Source: Octopus bimaculoides (taxonomy: Eukaryota). Taken from it: a DNA stretch of 64,000 bases. The stretch spans positions 18,021,669 to 18,085,668 of the forward strand of contig NC_068991.1 in assembly GCF_001194135.2 (NCBI RefSeq), in the 5' to 3' direction. Both the position numbers and the translations under genes were made by a program. Below are positions 26,001 to 41,400 of this stretch, piece after piece. Every line of letters begins with the position of its first letter. The first letter of the stretch is position 1. A model generated the notes under the pieces. The model searched no databases. It was not told the DNA's origin and saw only the letters and a list, made by a program, of their open reading frames with translations.

Positions 26001-29000
26001 TGAGAACAGTGAAGTATATTGACCTCCCCCTCTCCCAGTTCTTGGGCAGTACTTTATTTCAATCAAATGTAGAAGGATGAAAGGTAAAGCAGACACTGGC
26101 TAGTTTTAAACTATAAGCATAGAGGGACTGAATTAGATTGTTAACTAAATGCATTGTGTTACATTTTCTACCAATTGTGTCAACCATTGCTCCCAGATTG
26201 CCATTAATTTGAATTTCTGTAGGTCTATTATTAAAAAAAAAAGTACTGTTGTAAAATCAGGGTTTACTAAACTCAAAACAGAACCAAGAATGAATGCTTG
26301 AGAGAGTTGGAATGGAGTGAGGTAGAAAGAGAGAGAAAGACAAAAAGAGAATGGACATACACATACAAGCATAAAGACTAACATCTTTTTTAATGGTTTA
26401 ACCTGGAGGAAGGTACTGTGGCCATGTCACTGCAGCCATCTAAGATCAGTGAGATTGCTGTGCTTTTTTTTAACCAGGTCTAAGAAAAGGCTGAAGAATT
26501 AACCTTTTCATAAATGACAGAGATTTATAAGGGCAGTGTTCAATTTCTAGTTTCCATAGAATATTCCTCAAAGAACTAAGCAGAATGAGGTTACAAAAAT
26601 TTTCTCCCAAAACACCAAAACATTAGAGCTCGTTATTTCTTATATATATCTCTGAAATGTATTGTGACAAGTGTAATCACTTAAATTTGATCTTTTCTAA
26701 TTCTACTTCCTCACTTAAGTGATACTATTTGGATTGTATTTTCATGGAAAAAAGTCTTTCCTGCATTCGTCTACAACATGGTTGTCATTGAATGAGAAAA
26801 TAAAATTAACAAAAACTAACTGATGCTAACAGAAATCAAAATCAAGTGTTAATTAAAAATAATGATTCCTAGCTTTAGCATGAAACCAAAAATGTTTTCT
26901 GGGAGAAGGGAAATGAGATTAAATTAATGACAAATTACTTGTTCTTGTTCTATCACTCACAGAAGAATGAACAGAAGACTTGACCTTTGTAGGGTTTGAA
27001 TGTAGAATGTGGAAAAAAATGCAATTAAGCATCACAAAGGATTATGTACATCAATGCAAGTTAAAATAAGATATTTCTCAATTAACCCCTTTAATACCAA
27101 TCTGCCTAAGGCCACTTCATGTTCTATAATGCAAACTTCTTGTTCTAAAATTACCTTATATAAAAATTTCATGTCTAATATAGAATTCAAACACCAGTCT
27201 AATAACACTAAAGTTATTTCACTAAATTCTTCATGTTCAAAATTAAGTGAAGCAAAGGTAGTAAGTATATTTCAACAGAAATATGGTAACAAAAGGGTTA
27301 AATAATTTCAACCATTTTTCTGAGAAATTTAAACGAGTATTTTCAAACCAACAATAAAGCTTAGAGCGCAAAGAAATGCAATAGTTTCTAGGATAATTCA
27401 ATCAGATTGTATGAATGTAATACGGATGTGTAGACTCTGAGAGAGTTTGATGAGGAAAATGTAGGCCAATTAAATAGATTCTGTACTTGTTGGTATACAC
27501 TTTATCAAACCCACCCCTCAAAGAAATAAAAGATAAATGTGTCCCAGGTGTGATGAGAAAAACAAAACAAAAAATAACCAGCGCTCTACATTTCTACCAC
27601 ATATGTTTTACTTAATATATAGTACCAATAATAAAACAAAATTATTCCATTTGATATTCTGCCATAACTAGGATATTTTTGTGACATTTATTGGGGGAAA
27701 ATAGGGCAATGTTAAACAGTAATCACTCAAAATTTAACAGAAAGTCAAAAACTTACTGTAAAGTATCTGAAATGTTGATGGGAATCAATAAAATAAAGAA
27801 ACTGCATTTAAATAGCTATCCTGTTTTGACAGTAAGGGTACTTTTGTAAAGATGTACATAAGTGCTAAAAAACACCATCAGGGATGTCAAAACAGTTAAT
27901 TTTATAGTCTTGTTTGCATTTTTTTTAATTATTATTTTTTTTCAGTTCAGTACACAATCACTCGCCCATATATATTCACATACATGCACACAGATGTTCA
28001 TTTGAGAACGAGGTGGTTAAAACGGCTTCTTACCAAAATATTTTGGCTTTGCAAATTCGGGGAAATCTTCTTTGCGGTGGAGCGCCTTATGAAGAGCTAA
28101 CATAGATTTGTGAAGACGTTTGAAATCATTGTAGCGTTTCCAGACATTTATCTAGAATAGAAGTAAAGAGAAAAACACCACTGTTTGACTTGGTAAAACA
28201 ACACGCTTGGGCAGTTGGGGGCGATGTATCTGTAGAGTATTCACAGCCAGCATTAGGGTGGCTGAATGATAAGTGATGATGGCAGTCAGAAGGATGAGTA
28301 GATTAAGGGTGGGGGAAGCTGGATTGAAACACACTGCTGTTGTTGTTTATCCCCATATCAACTCTTGTCAAGCAGAACTATGGCTAAAAGCATTCCATTT
28401 ATGACCAACCAGCTTATTTTCATAGTATACCTAGAGCCACAGTATCCAAAGTTTTCTTTTTTAAGATGGTAAGGTGAAGTTGGCTGCTGTTTCTAGCAAG
28501 ACGAGTCACCAGGTTGAGGATCTCTCAATTGGAGGTGGGTTGTAGCGGTATGTGATGGGATAGAGTGGCAGATTGGGGAGGAGGATGGAATCAAAAAGGT
28601 GAAGGCAAAAATAGCTGAGGAAACAATAGTGAGATGACAATATGGATAATTAGAAGGGTAACAAAATCATGGAGAGAAGGACAACAAGGAATCAGGGGGC
28701 ATTAGAAAGAGAATAAGTGAGGATGAAAGAAAGTCTTGGTTGGAACAGACTAGAAAAAGAAAAGTTGGAAGGAGTGACAGCATGCACTAGGAGAGAGTAG
28801 AGGAAGAGAAAGAAGAACAATAAGAATGTAAGAGGCAAGTAGGTAGGTGAATGGGTGATATTGCATGTGTGTGTGTGTATGAAGCACAGTAGGCAAGAAG
28901 GTATATTAGTGCTGGAGCCAATATGATATGAGACAAGAGTAGAGTCATATCCTAGGCTTGATAGAAAAGAAATCAAAGGTGGTAGACTGGAGTAGAGCCC

Positions 29001-29281
29001 AATTTACTACAGTGACTGAGAAAGGGAGGACAAAAGAGAGAGAGAGAGAAAAGAGAGAGAGAGAGAGAAAAAAGAGAGAGAGAGAGAAAAGAGAGAGGAA
29101 GTAAAGAAAAGGAGAGTGAAAGTTGAGTAATTTGGACATCAAAAGACCAAAGTAAAGGAACTATTTAACCTCAATCAACTGAGTCTTTAATCAACTGACT
29201 TGGTCAATTGCAACACTATAACATACATACACACATATATATCATTATCATTGTTTAACGTCCACCTTCCATGCTAGCATG

Positions 29282-29380
<99 letters not shown>

Positions 29381-30298
29381 AGTGGTGTCAAAAAGTTCCC
29401 AGACTAGTTTTGTATCATGCCAACAGATTGCAGCATATGTTTGTATGTACAGTGAGAGCTAGCAGTGATCTTCATGAGGTGTGTGCCGAGTGACACCACT
29501 GTGTTTGATTCACAAGTTGTGAAATTTGTGTTTTTGTGATCACATATATGCTGTAGTCTGTGATTTTTGTCATAGACAAGAACAAAGAGCTAGCATGAAA
29601 TTTTGCATTAAACTTGGGTTGAAGTCTGCTACACAGACATTGAGCATGCTTTGGTAAGCTTACAGCAATGAGGCAATGGGTCATATGCAATGTTTCAAGT
29701 GGCACGAGCACTTCAAAGGTGGAAGAACATCCCTGGAAGATGAGCAACCTGGAAGACCTGCGACGAGTGTCACCCCTGGAAATGTGGTAATGTGCATCAA
29801 GAATTTGACCCCCAGTACCAGACCATCAATCGAGAATTCTACTGTCATGTTTTGAAGCGTTTGCGGGAGGACATTTGGTGAAAGTGACCAGATCTGTGGA
29901 GTGCAAAGAATTGGATTCTTTACAACGACAATGCAATCTGTCACTGAGCTCTCCTCACTCCTGAGTTTCTCACCAAAAACATGCTATCGCTTCCACATCC
30001 ACCCTATTCACCAGCGGACTTCCATCTCTTCTCCAAGATGAAAATGAAGTTCAAAGGTCGCCGTTTTTACATCGCTGATGAGATTCAGAGTGAATCACAG
30101 AAGGTCTCCGACTCAATTACAGAAAACGATTTCCAGGCCAGATTCCAAAAGTCGCAGGACCGGTGTATTGCTGCACAAGATAACTATTTTGAAGGAGATG
30201 AAGTTAAAACTTAGGTAATTAAGTTATTTTTTTTATTAAACATAATTAGTCTGAGAACCTTTTGATACTACCACTTATATATATATGTGTGTGTGTAC

Positions 30299-30355
<57 letters not shown>

Positions 30356-33300
30356 TATTATACATATATATGGGTGTATATATGTGAATATGTTTATATA
30401 CATACATATATACATAGAGATATACATATATGCATGCACACATACACGCATACAAACATACATGTATATTATACACACAAATCTCCTATAGGTACATACA
30501 CAGCAACTACAGTGTTGTTACATGTTAAAGGTGTGTTAGTAGTAGTAGTAGTGGCAGTAGCAGCAACAGTTATAGCAAAAATATTAAGAATATATTCAAA
30601 GAGAAGAATAAAAGATAAAAACATTTTATTTCTTTTAATTAAAAAAAGAACATCTCCTTCACTAAGATCTGTAATAGAATTCTTTACAAGTAGCTGGCTG
30701 GAATGATCTAGACCTCTAAAAAGTACTGCCTGGAGTAAAATCACACATGAGGAGGTTTCTAGATATCATATCATTTCCGACAAAGTATGACAGCAATTTG
30801 CTATCGGATGTTATTTTGCCAGCTGCTTAGATACGCTCTGAGCCAGAGCGGACGAGGAAGTATCAATGTACTCATTCTACCTGATCATAACAGCAGCCAA
30901 ACCTTCCTAAAATTACATCATAACATCATATATATATGCATGTGTGTATGTGTGAGTATATGAATGTAGATATACATATATATATGTGCAAATATGTATG
31001 TTGAATAGTGTAGTTGGGAGTATACTATGGCTAAGAAAAGAAAGTGTGCCAAAATGATCACGGCTGAAACACCTTTGATAATAGTTCTGCTCAATCAATC
31101 CCAACTCTGGAGTTAAATAACAAGGTCTTGTATATTTCAACTAACTGTGTCACACAGCTCCTACATGCCTGCACACACACAATTTCTTCCATCTTCCACT
31201 CCTGCTTTGTTACAACCCAGTAGTGACAAACACAGCAAGCCAGCCCAGAGGATATTTCCATTCAATGGAATGATACTTAAACACATGAATACATAGTATA
31301 ACATGGAAACCGACAAATATTGGCACTAATGCATTATGCAGTATGTCTGGGATTTTTTTTTTTTTTTGCCTTTTTACCAGTTTCTCTTTCCTATAAACTC
31401 AATTTTTGGGGGTTTAGTTTTTAGAACAGAGATGACCAAATATTTGTTTGGCCATCACAAATTTGGCTCTAAAATACATTCCTAGTGTCTGTATTCTATA
31501 ATAGTTTTTGTGTCAACACACAAAACACACCCTACTATATTAAAAATACTAATTATTGGACAATGCAGTTGAAGATATACTATATCTGAAAAAAAAAAAA
31601 AAATGGATGGTCACATAGAATGTTTGAAGTCAACCTGGGGTTAAATAATTCTATAACTGCACACCATAAGAATATATCTGAGGTTGCACAATACAACAGA
31701 AGATAACATTACAAGAAGTAATTTTTGGGGCTAAGATACACTAAGATACACTCACCCTCTTAACCCTTCTGACACCAATATGCCTGAGATAAATTTATTG
31801 TTTTACAATGATTTAAATCAAAACCTCCCATCCAAATTTTATGTTAATTTATGTTCCAAACATCAGATTAAGAAGAACAAAGTTATTTCATTAAATTCGT
31901 CATTGTTTTAAAAATTAATTGAAATGATGGCAGTGTATATCAATAGAAATAAGGTAACAAAAATGTTAAAAGGTCCCAATGCTTCTCATCCCAGTTAAAG
32001 GTGTAATGATCCACCTTAGGAACCATTAGTTATTGTTGTTTTATAGTCTTTGCTAGTCCAGGTGGAGCAAAAGTCACTTGAACACAAGTCACTGGTCAAA
32101 CAAGTTTAGTGTGACTCAAAGATTGACCACTGTGGATAAACTAGACCTATGGTTGGTTGCAGAGTACATAACATACACTGACAAGCAGTTGTGTTGTTCA
32201 TGAGGTAACCACAGAAATGCTTAGGCTAGTTATCAATTACATCAAACAGTGACTGAGGCTTTATGCCTCTGGTTAAAAATCTTGAGTTACCATGGCCAAT
32301 TTTAAAAATGGTATAGCTATGGTAAAAAATCTTATTGAAACCAGAGGTTTTCTAGAGCACATCTATAATATCACATGGACTAAAGTATGACAGTCTTGAC
32401 ATACTTTCTCCAATGTCCAGACAGCTCCAGCTCAAGTAAATCACTAAAAGCAATGGTGTTGCTGTGTGTCTCATCCTCTGCTTCTTGCACATAAAAATGG
32501 TCCGGAGACAAGATTAGTAAGATAATTCTAAATGTGTCTTGGCTACAAACAAATCAGGCACATAGGTTCAGTACTTAGCTAGCTAAGAACAACAAATACA
32601 ATAAGGGCAGGTTGTAGAGCAGCAGAGTGATTTTTGTACAGTTACTACTGCATGTAGTAATAGTGTTGGTGAGACAGAATTTACAGTAAGTAGTATTTCT
32701 GAAATGAAAGTAGCCCAGCACAGCTACAGTTCACTGATTGAAACCAGTAAATGAGTATGAATCCCCAAAAGACACATAGGCTGCAGAGCTAAGTTCCAGT
32801 TTTAATCTCGATTCAGGATAATTCTGTACCTGGATAACATACTAGTCTAATGTAGATAACATTCCTCAACTAGGAAAAGTGAAAAATGTACAGTGAATGA
32901 TGCTTATTGCCCACATACACAACATAGTGCCTGCAATAAATCTTTGTAACTCAAATATGTTAATTGGTACTCTTATACCTCAGTCATTTCATATCTATAA
33001 ACATTTTCAGTAATCATTAGCAAGAGGAAAAGTCAGGGAGTATCTAGCATGCAGTTGTATTGATAAGAGCTGATGAAGTATAGAGTTGAGTAACATATTT
33101 AAAAATTATGGTTTAATAGGAGTTGAAGAGGAGTGTGAGGAGTAATAGAATTCAAAACAAACAAATGTGACTAGGAGAGTTCTAAAAGGGATGCAGCTGT
33201 AGAAGTGACAATAGGAAGGAAAGAAAAGGAAGACATTAAGAAAACAAGTTGAAGAGACTGGGCTAGATTCTTGACATGTTCTAGTAGGAAGTAAATATGT

Positions 33301-34652
33301 AAGGAGACACACTAAAAGAGACTTGATTGATTAAACATTATTTAAGCAGCAGTAAAAGAGAAAGAAGATCAGACATAGCTGGGTGTCTGTAGCATGCTAA
33401 CATGCTTAATGGCTGACATTCTAAATATATTGATCAGTTTACTTAACAAAACACCAACACACTTCAGTGATATCCTCAATTTTTTAAGAATGTTGTTAGC
33501 TGAACATTGATGTTTCTAAAATATTTTGTAGTTCTAGAAGACCCTCAATCTCAGTAAAGAAGACTAAAATAACTTTGAAAATGGCAACTTATGTAGGATC
33601 GGTATAACCAGAAATGTAATGGTCTAACCTGGAGAAAAAGTGGTATTGACAGATTCTGGAAAATCCATCTGCAAGAACTAAAATGTTGTTGGTCTTCATG
33701 TATATTTTTTTAATAAACTTGTCAGGATAAAAGGGGCAGTGCCCATGGTCTTTGCAAGCCCCTTGAAACCTTTGAGATTGGTGCAGTTGATACTTAACCT
33801 GAAAACATGGCTCTAGTTTGAATGTTTAGATCAGAGTAAACACTTCAAAAGTCACCCTGAACATAAAATGATCCAGCAGACTTCACTTAACTCAGTAGTA
33901 ATGAACCAGATGGACAAGAAGTTACTCAAGTCGTCCTATGTGACTCTTACATATAAATCAATGCACAACTCCAGTTTCAAAAAGTGAAATAGATAAGATA
34001 TTTCATACCTTTTAGTTTTATTAGACTTATTAGTCTCCTCCTGGATAGGAGTTTATCACAAATAATATTCCAAAATTATCTGATACCGATCCCTAAACAG
34101 CCAAGTTAACAGACTTAGCAAAACTAAGTTAACATTCTGAATACACCACAAAACAACTGTAGAGGATTTGATCCCAAACCCTTTCGACATACTTTCCTTA
34201 TTGATAAATAATATGCCAATTAATAGGAAGGTCATTCTAAGTTAGCTTTCACTTACTTTGTCTTAAAATAATTATTGCATAAACCAATGAGCTGGCACCA
34301 TACATGGTTGCTCTAACAGCTGGAAATAGTGGCCAAATAACACATTACCATTCTTAGAAAAGAAAAGATACATTTGATAATGTACATAATCCTAAAGAGA
34401 TATAATAGTCATGTCTAGAATACCTTCTGAGTATAGGTCTGTTTGATCGGAGTCACCCAGGGGCTAAACAATGACAATAATGATGATAATTATATTATTC
34501 AGTATTTCATAGACATATTAGTTCCTTCAGTGTTAATGCTTGTTTTGTTTTTTGATGTTTTAGTCAGAAGGAAAGGCCTATGTCCATGACCAGTGAAAGG
34601 TGTTCCAATGTTGGTGGAGTCAATGGGTGAGATTTGATTTCATTCATCATGT

Positions 34653-34700
<48 letters not shown>

Positions 34701-34877
34701 ACAAAGAAGGTGCTTCTAACCACAAATTCTCAAAATATTATATGTGCCCTATTTGACCCCACAAAGCTCCCAGTAAAAACTTTGACAATACAACACTGAG
34801 TTAAAACTTAAACGATACTAATGTACTAACAAGACACATTCTGGCTTGTTTAAAAAATATATCTGTGCATGTGTGTG

Positions 34878-34933
<56 letters not shown>

Positions 34934-37900
34934 AGAAAAAGAACTTGTTATAGAGTGGTGTTTGGGGCCTATAATAGATGCAGTATTTCAAAAGTGAAAA
35001 ATATCAATGAACAAACTGGCAGGAATCAAACTATACATCTTTTGCTCACTTGACAACTGTGCAATCATACATAATAATACTTGTTTCTAATTTAGATGTA
35101 GGGGAGCAGTCAGTTCTATCGAGCCCTGTACTTGCATGGCATTTCATTGACTCAGGAGTGATGAATGGCAAAGCTGATCTCAATGGGGTTTGAACTCAGA
35201 ACATAATAAAAAGCTGGAGCAAGTACATTGAGGTATTTTTTCTGACTGTCTAACAATTTTGCCAATCCAACAACCTTAATAACTAATTTAAGCATAAGAC
35301 CTCAAATTTTAGGAGAGAGGATTACTGACTAAACTGACTCCAGTACTTTTAGTTTATCAACCTCACATGGATGAAAAGCAAAGCCAACCTTTGATTTGAA
35401 CTCAGAACATCAGCAGCTGAAACAAATATGGCAGGGCCCTAACAATTCCTCTACTATAGGCACAAGACCTGAAATTCTGAGGGGGTTTGCTAGTTGGTTA
35501 CATCAACCCTGGTGCTCAACTTGTACTTACTTTATCAACCTCAGAGGAATGAAAGACAGTTGACCTCAGTGGAATTTGAATTCCAACAGTAAAGAGCCAA
35601 AACAAGTGCTGTAAAGCACCTTTTTTGGCTCTGTTGTAATTGTCAATCCAGCACCCTAAATGATAATTTATGCACATGGCCAGCAATTTTGAGAGAAAGG
35701 GATTAGTCCATATCATCAACCCTAATACTTGACTGGTACTTAGGCTATTGGTCCCAAAAGGATGAAAGTGAAGTTGGCTTCAGCAATATTTGAAAGTAGA
35801 ATGTAGAGAGCCACAAGAAATACCCCATGCCATTTTGTCTCATGCTCTAATTATTGTCAATCTATCATCCTGACAAATAATAATAATAATAATAATAATA
35901 AAGGTTTCAAATTTGGGCACAAGGCCAGCAGGTTTAGTGGGAAGGGTATAGTCAATTTCATCGACCTCAAATGGATGGAAGCCAAAGTCAACTTGGCGGA
36001 ATTTTAACTCAGTCTGTAAAGCCAGAAGAAATGCTGCTAAACATTTTGTCCAGTATGTTAACGATTTACCACTTCATTGCCTTAATAATAATAATCAAAA
36101 TGCTGGAGTTTAACCTAGTTACCATAGTGTATAAGTGAGTGAGATTACAACACTATTCCATGAATGGGAGGCCAGTCCAATGCAGAGTTAACTTCCCAGC
36201 CATTACTGAATCTCATTTACAGCCAAGCGGACTGGAGTAACATGAAATGAAAAGCTTTAGCGTTTTGCTGATGAATACAATATGCCACCTGGTAAAAAAA
36301 AAAAAAAAATGACCAGTACTAGAATGTCTTTGATTATAGGTCTCCTGGATCAAGCTTAATGTGAGGTAAAAAAAACCCAACAAAACCTGTGATTAGTGTT
36401 GAATAAAGTAAACATATTTGAAAATGCCTATATGTTCAATGACTCACAAATTTCAGACTCATTTACTCAAGGCATTAATGATTGTAGCAAGGACTGCACA
36501 CAGTGAGTGAAGGTACAATTACTAGAGCTACTTCCAGGCCCAATAGCAGAGCTGAAATTCAGCACTGTAAGTTAAATATATTTACTCCTTAATTATACTG
36601 TATCCTTGCTCCAGTTAATACAACTACTTGTAGCCATCCTGTGGTAACATACTGACTTAAGACTGGTTGCTACATTGAATAAGTCAAAGAGCTACATTGT
36701 CCAAACAAAACACTACAAAGCATTAATGATGTTGCTGGTTAACCATAGGTCATCCCTGACCAAGCAGACCAACAATCCAATAACATTCAAGCCATGATCG
36801 TCCTGTCTTTCTAAGGGTGTCTAACACTGCATTATTCAATGTGTTCTTTGTCGTTTGAGCTAGTGGATTTTATCTGAAGATTTAGGCTGGTATTTCTATC
36901 ATAGTAAATAACCATGTAGTAGCTCCCTAATGTTCTCGCACAGTGAATATGTAATTTAAACCACAGTCTTTAAATAAGAGGAAAGAGGGACAGAAATATA
37001 CAATATATATCATGGAGCTATTTGCTGTCCTCTTATGTTGTTTGTGAGACTTTATAATAAGACCATTTTATTTTTAATATCTTTTCATCAGAAGGGAAGG
37101 TAGGAAGGAAGGTATCCTCAAACTGGAGGTCAAACAAAAATGCATACAACAGAGTGGGCTATACTAAGAGCATCCGAGGTGGTAGATGGTGGTATGACAT
37201 ATTAAGTCAACCACCCAAGTAGATCGTGGCAGGGTTTCAACTCAGAATGCAAATATACTCATAAAGATTCTGCTAAATGTACATAGCAATGAATGAAAAA
37301 GCCAGTAATGAATTATGAGGTAGAAGTTTTAAGGTATGTATTTTGTTGTAAAAGGTTTTAGCTACAGCACTGAATAGGTTTATGGCCATATAATAACTTG
37401 TACTTTTGCTGACTAATCATGGACAAAACAAAAAAATTCTAATCGCAGTGTCTTTGTTTCTGAAATAAACAGTTATTTGTTAGTAGTCATAATCTGAAGA
37501 TAACTAATGTGTTTTCTTGGCAAAACCAATTCCTCATACTGATCAGACATCTGAGTTAGTGCATTTAAAATGCACATTAATATTCTGGACTACTTAAATA
37601 AAGGATTGCTTTTTTTTTTAAGAAGCAAACCTTCATTCACCAACACTTTCTAGCAACTGGTTTTAGTTGAGGACTCCCCCATAACTTCTCAATCACTACT
37701 GCCTCTATCTAGACCCATATAATGCATCCATCTCCTTTCCTGTCACACATCCACTGTCTTAACTATCAGAGCTCAAATTAAACACTTCCCTTAATATTTT
37801 CTGCTTCAAATTATATTCCTGTGTAAAACTGCCTTTCTGTCAAGGTTTCTCCACAAACTTTCATGTTAAACATTGGCTTCATTCATGTATTTTTAACTCG

Positions 37901-38395
37901 TGTGTTGATAAAACTTTTTTAAAGGTTTTTGGGCATCATTCCTTTTCTTCATAACAAATAAAAAAAAAGTCCCAAAACTCTTATTTTAGTGTCAATGTGT
38001 GATCCTTTATCTTGTGAAAGAATATACCAAAATCTGTTGTTTGATTACTGAGACAATGTTAACCTTAGAGATTTGGATTTATGGCAATGTCCTATTACTA
38101 GAAATTATATTTGAATTCCCAATCTTATTTTGGTTCATTATTAAAAAAAAATTTTTTTTTGGACCACTCTAAATAGCAGCTGACCTTTGTAAATTGATAG
38201 TCTTTAAAAAGACCCAAATCAACTATTACTGTTTGTTTAGTGAATATAATTTAGAAACGCAGACAATACACAAGTCAGAACACTGCATGCACAAAAGTAA
38301 TTCAGGATTATAGGATTAGTAAAGAATTTGTTTTAGATAAGGTGTCTCTTAGTAGAAAAAGATGTAGCTCATCAGATTTTATCAAAGATAATGCT

Positions 38396-38445
<50 letters not shown>

Positions 38446-41400
38446 TACTTGCACTGTTTCCATCAAATTAATTAAGCCAAGTTAGAAATAAAGTTTTTGT
38501 TATTGCATTTGCTCAGAGATGTTGAATAATTTATTCAGGACTAAACTATGAGTACTTCTACCACAGCCTGAGATTCTAACATGATTAGTACATGGCACTG
38601 AATAAAACACTCATTAATTACTAGTGACAGAAGTCATAAAGTAACAGACTAAATGCCTGACTATATTTCATTACCTTTATATTTTGAATTCCAATGATAT
38701 CAGTGTTAATAAACAAAGTGTTAGTCCTATACTGAGAGCAGTACATTTGATTATACTTATAACCCAACAAGTTAGAAACTTGTGAGTTAATTGGCGACCT
38801 CACTAGTAACCATGTACATCCAGTAAAGAAGTTTGTATTAGGAAGGGAATCCAGCCATAGAAACCATGTGAAAGCAGACATTGGAGCTTGACACAGTCCT
38901 TTGGTTTGTTGGATTCTGTCAAACAGTCCAACCCATGCCAGCATGGAAGATGGATATAAAATCATGATGATAATGATATTGCTAGCTGTATACAGGTGAT
39001 CTGCTTTTATTTACAATCAGACTGACTCATTAGTGAGAGTGGAAAGAATGGCAAGATCATGAACAAGTGCAACAATAACAAGAGAATGCAATCTGTCATC
39101 TGATCACCAGATAATCTGACACCCTATCACCTGAGCTCGTTGAGACTATGATGGTAATGGATAGCCTTAAAGAGATATAGCTTACATAATATCGATATGT
39201 CAGAGAAGTTGGAAAAAAAAAAAACCCCTCTGCAAATCATTTAAAAAAAAATGTCTATGTTTATCCCCATCTGCTTCTCTCATCACATCCAGCTGATAAT
39301 GGTGGTGGATACACTGAAGGAAAGGAATCTACCTTTATAACTTTTGTTCCAGTTACGATGGTCTAATACACCTATCTCACTATCCCACTCTCGCTCCTTT
39401 TCTCTTCCTCCTTATCATCATCATTCCTGTCAACTCTTCTTCCTCATCAGACTTTTCTACCTCTTCTCTAACTCATTATAATGTTCAATATCATAATTAG
39501 TAAATGCATTATTATTTTTATTATTTTCCGTTAGTAATATCAGCATGCATATTTTCTTCTACAGATTGTATAGCTGGTGCAGATTTGCCAAACCATACCT
39601 GTACAAATGTTGGAAAGTACAAGAATTTTAGAAGCAAGGGCATGCATACATACATACATGCATATACACATACTCACACATATGTGTATGTGTGTGTGTA
39701 TATATATATATTTAGAGGAATAACAGATATACAATAGGAATGATAGTAGGTTCATACAACCAGATTTAAGTTTTTTTTTTCATATTTTTCCAGAAAACAT
39801 TAGAAAAATACAACAACATGCAATGAATGAACAACAAGAAATAACAATTAAAAATAAACAAGAAAAAAAAAAAAGACCAATCAACTCCTGAATAGAAGTT
39901 CATCTTTTTTTATACCATGAGTATCAATATGGCTGATACTCTTTTTTAGCTTCTGTCGTGTTAAACAGATGACAGTACAGAATAGGATAGGATACTAATC
40001 CAGAACAGGTAATTTATCCACAAGTTGATAGCTATTTTCCATGATTTTATAACAGGGATAATGCAGAATTACATTGTATACTTCTTTAAAAAAAAAATTT
40101 TTTTAAAGAGTTGCCTGAGTCCTTAAAAAGTCTAACTTATTTTTTAATAAGAAAATACAAGGGTAATCTATATTTGAGAGAAAGGGTTTCTACCTCTGAA
40201 TACATTTTGGTGTGATATTCCAACCAGATGAGCCAATGAGGTAGCCTCTTTCTAAACAACAGCTCAACCTACAACTAGTAGCAGTAGCCAAATTTCCTTC
40301 AAAGCACACCATACCATTTTTTTTTTTAATGACCCTTTTTACTGGAGGTTCTATGACTGGTGAGAGAGAGGGAAGAAGGTATCCTCAAACTATAGATTTG
40401 CTCTGACTCCTTGCAACAGAGTGAACATGGCTAAAGGCATCTAACACTTTTGTTACCAAATTCCTGTGGCAATACATTTTGTGAGTTTTGATTTGTTTTG
40501 AAAATAACAAATTTAGTAAAATAATTCATTATTAAGTTGGTGTTTGGAACACAACATGAAATTTTGATGGAAAGTTTTTTAATACAGACCACATTAAAAC
40601 AGGAAGCTTGTAGCAAAGAATCAGGAGCAGTCTTGATTGGAACAGTATCAAAAAGGTTAAGGTGTATGTGTAGGTGTTAAATTGGGCAACAGATTAAATC
40701 TCTCATCCAAATAGGCCATGGTAGGATTTGATCTCAGAACATAAAAAGCCAGAAAAAATACTGCAAGGCATCTGGCCTGATACATCTTTTTTATATCAAT
40801 ACTGAAAGGATGAAAGGCAGAGGACAATTTTGGCAGGATATGAATTCAAAGCACATCATCATCATCGTTTAACATCCACTTTCCATGCTAGCATGAGTTG
40901 GACGATTTGACTGAGGACTGGCAAGCCAGGAACCTGCACCAGGCTCCAATCTGATCTGGCAGAGTTTCTACAGCTGGATGCCCTTCCTAACATCAACCAC
41001 TCCTAGAGTGTAGTGGGTGCTTTTACGTGCCATGGGCACGAGGGCCAGTCACACGGTACTGGCAATGGCCACGCTCAAAAAGGTGTTTTTTACATGCCAC
41101 CTGCACAGGAGCCAGTCCAGGAGCACTGGCAACGACCTCGCTCGAATGATTTTCTAATGTGCTACCAGCACAAGTGCTAGAAAGCAACGCTGGTAACAAA
41201 TCAGTATAATTACTGCAAAGCATTCCAGTTGATCTGTTAATGGTTCTGCTACTTTTCAACTTTTCGTGAATGGAAGAACAAATTGAATAATGCATTTGTA
41301 TGCGCGTGCGTGTGTGGTAGGAGTGCGACATATGGTGGTTGATGTATTGTGTGTGCTGCCACACCCAGTGCCACCAAATTTCAAGCAGGGGCATAACAAA

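Noticed and set aside
33560-33800. Possible LINE endonuclease remnant on the minus strand (SINCTNLKG...)
   Set aside because: The similarity is too short and frame-broken to support without a search.
35080-36095. Repeat-spacer-like periodicity suggesting a CRISPR-like array
   Set aside because: The units are ~200-nt diverged SINE copies in an animal intron, with no short identical repeats, unique spacers or cas genes.
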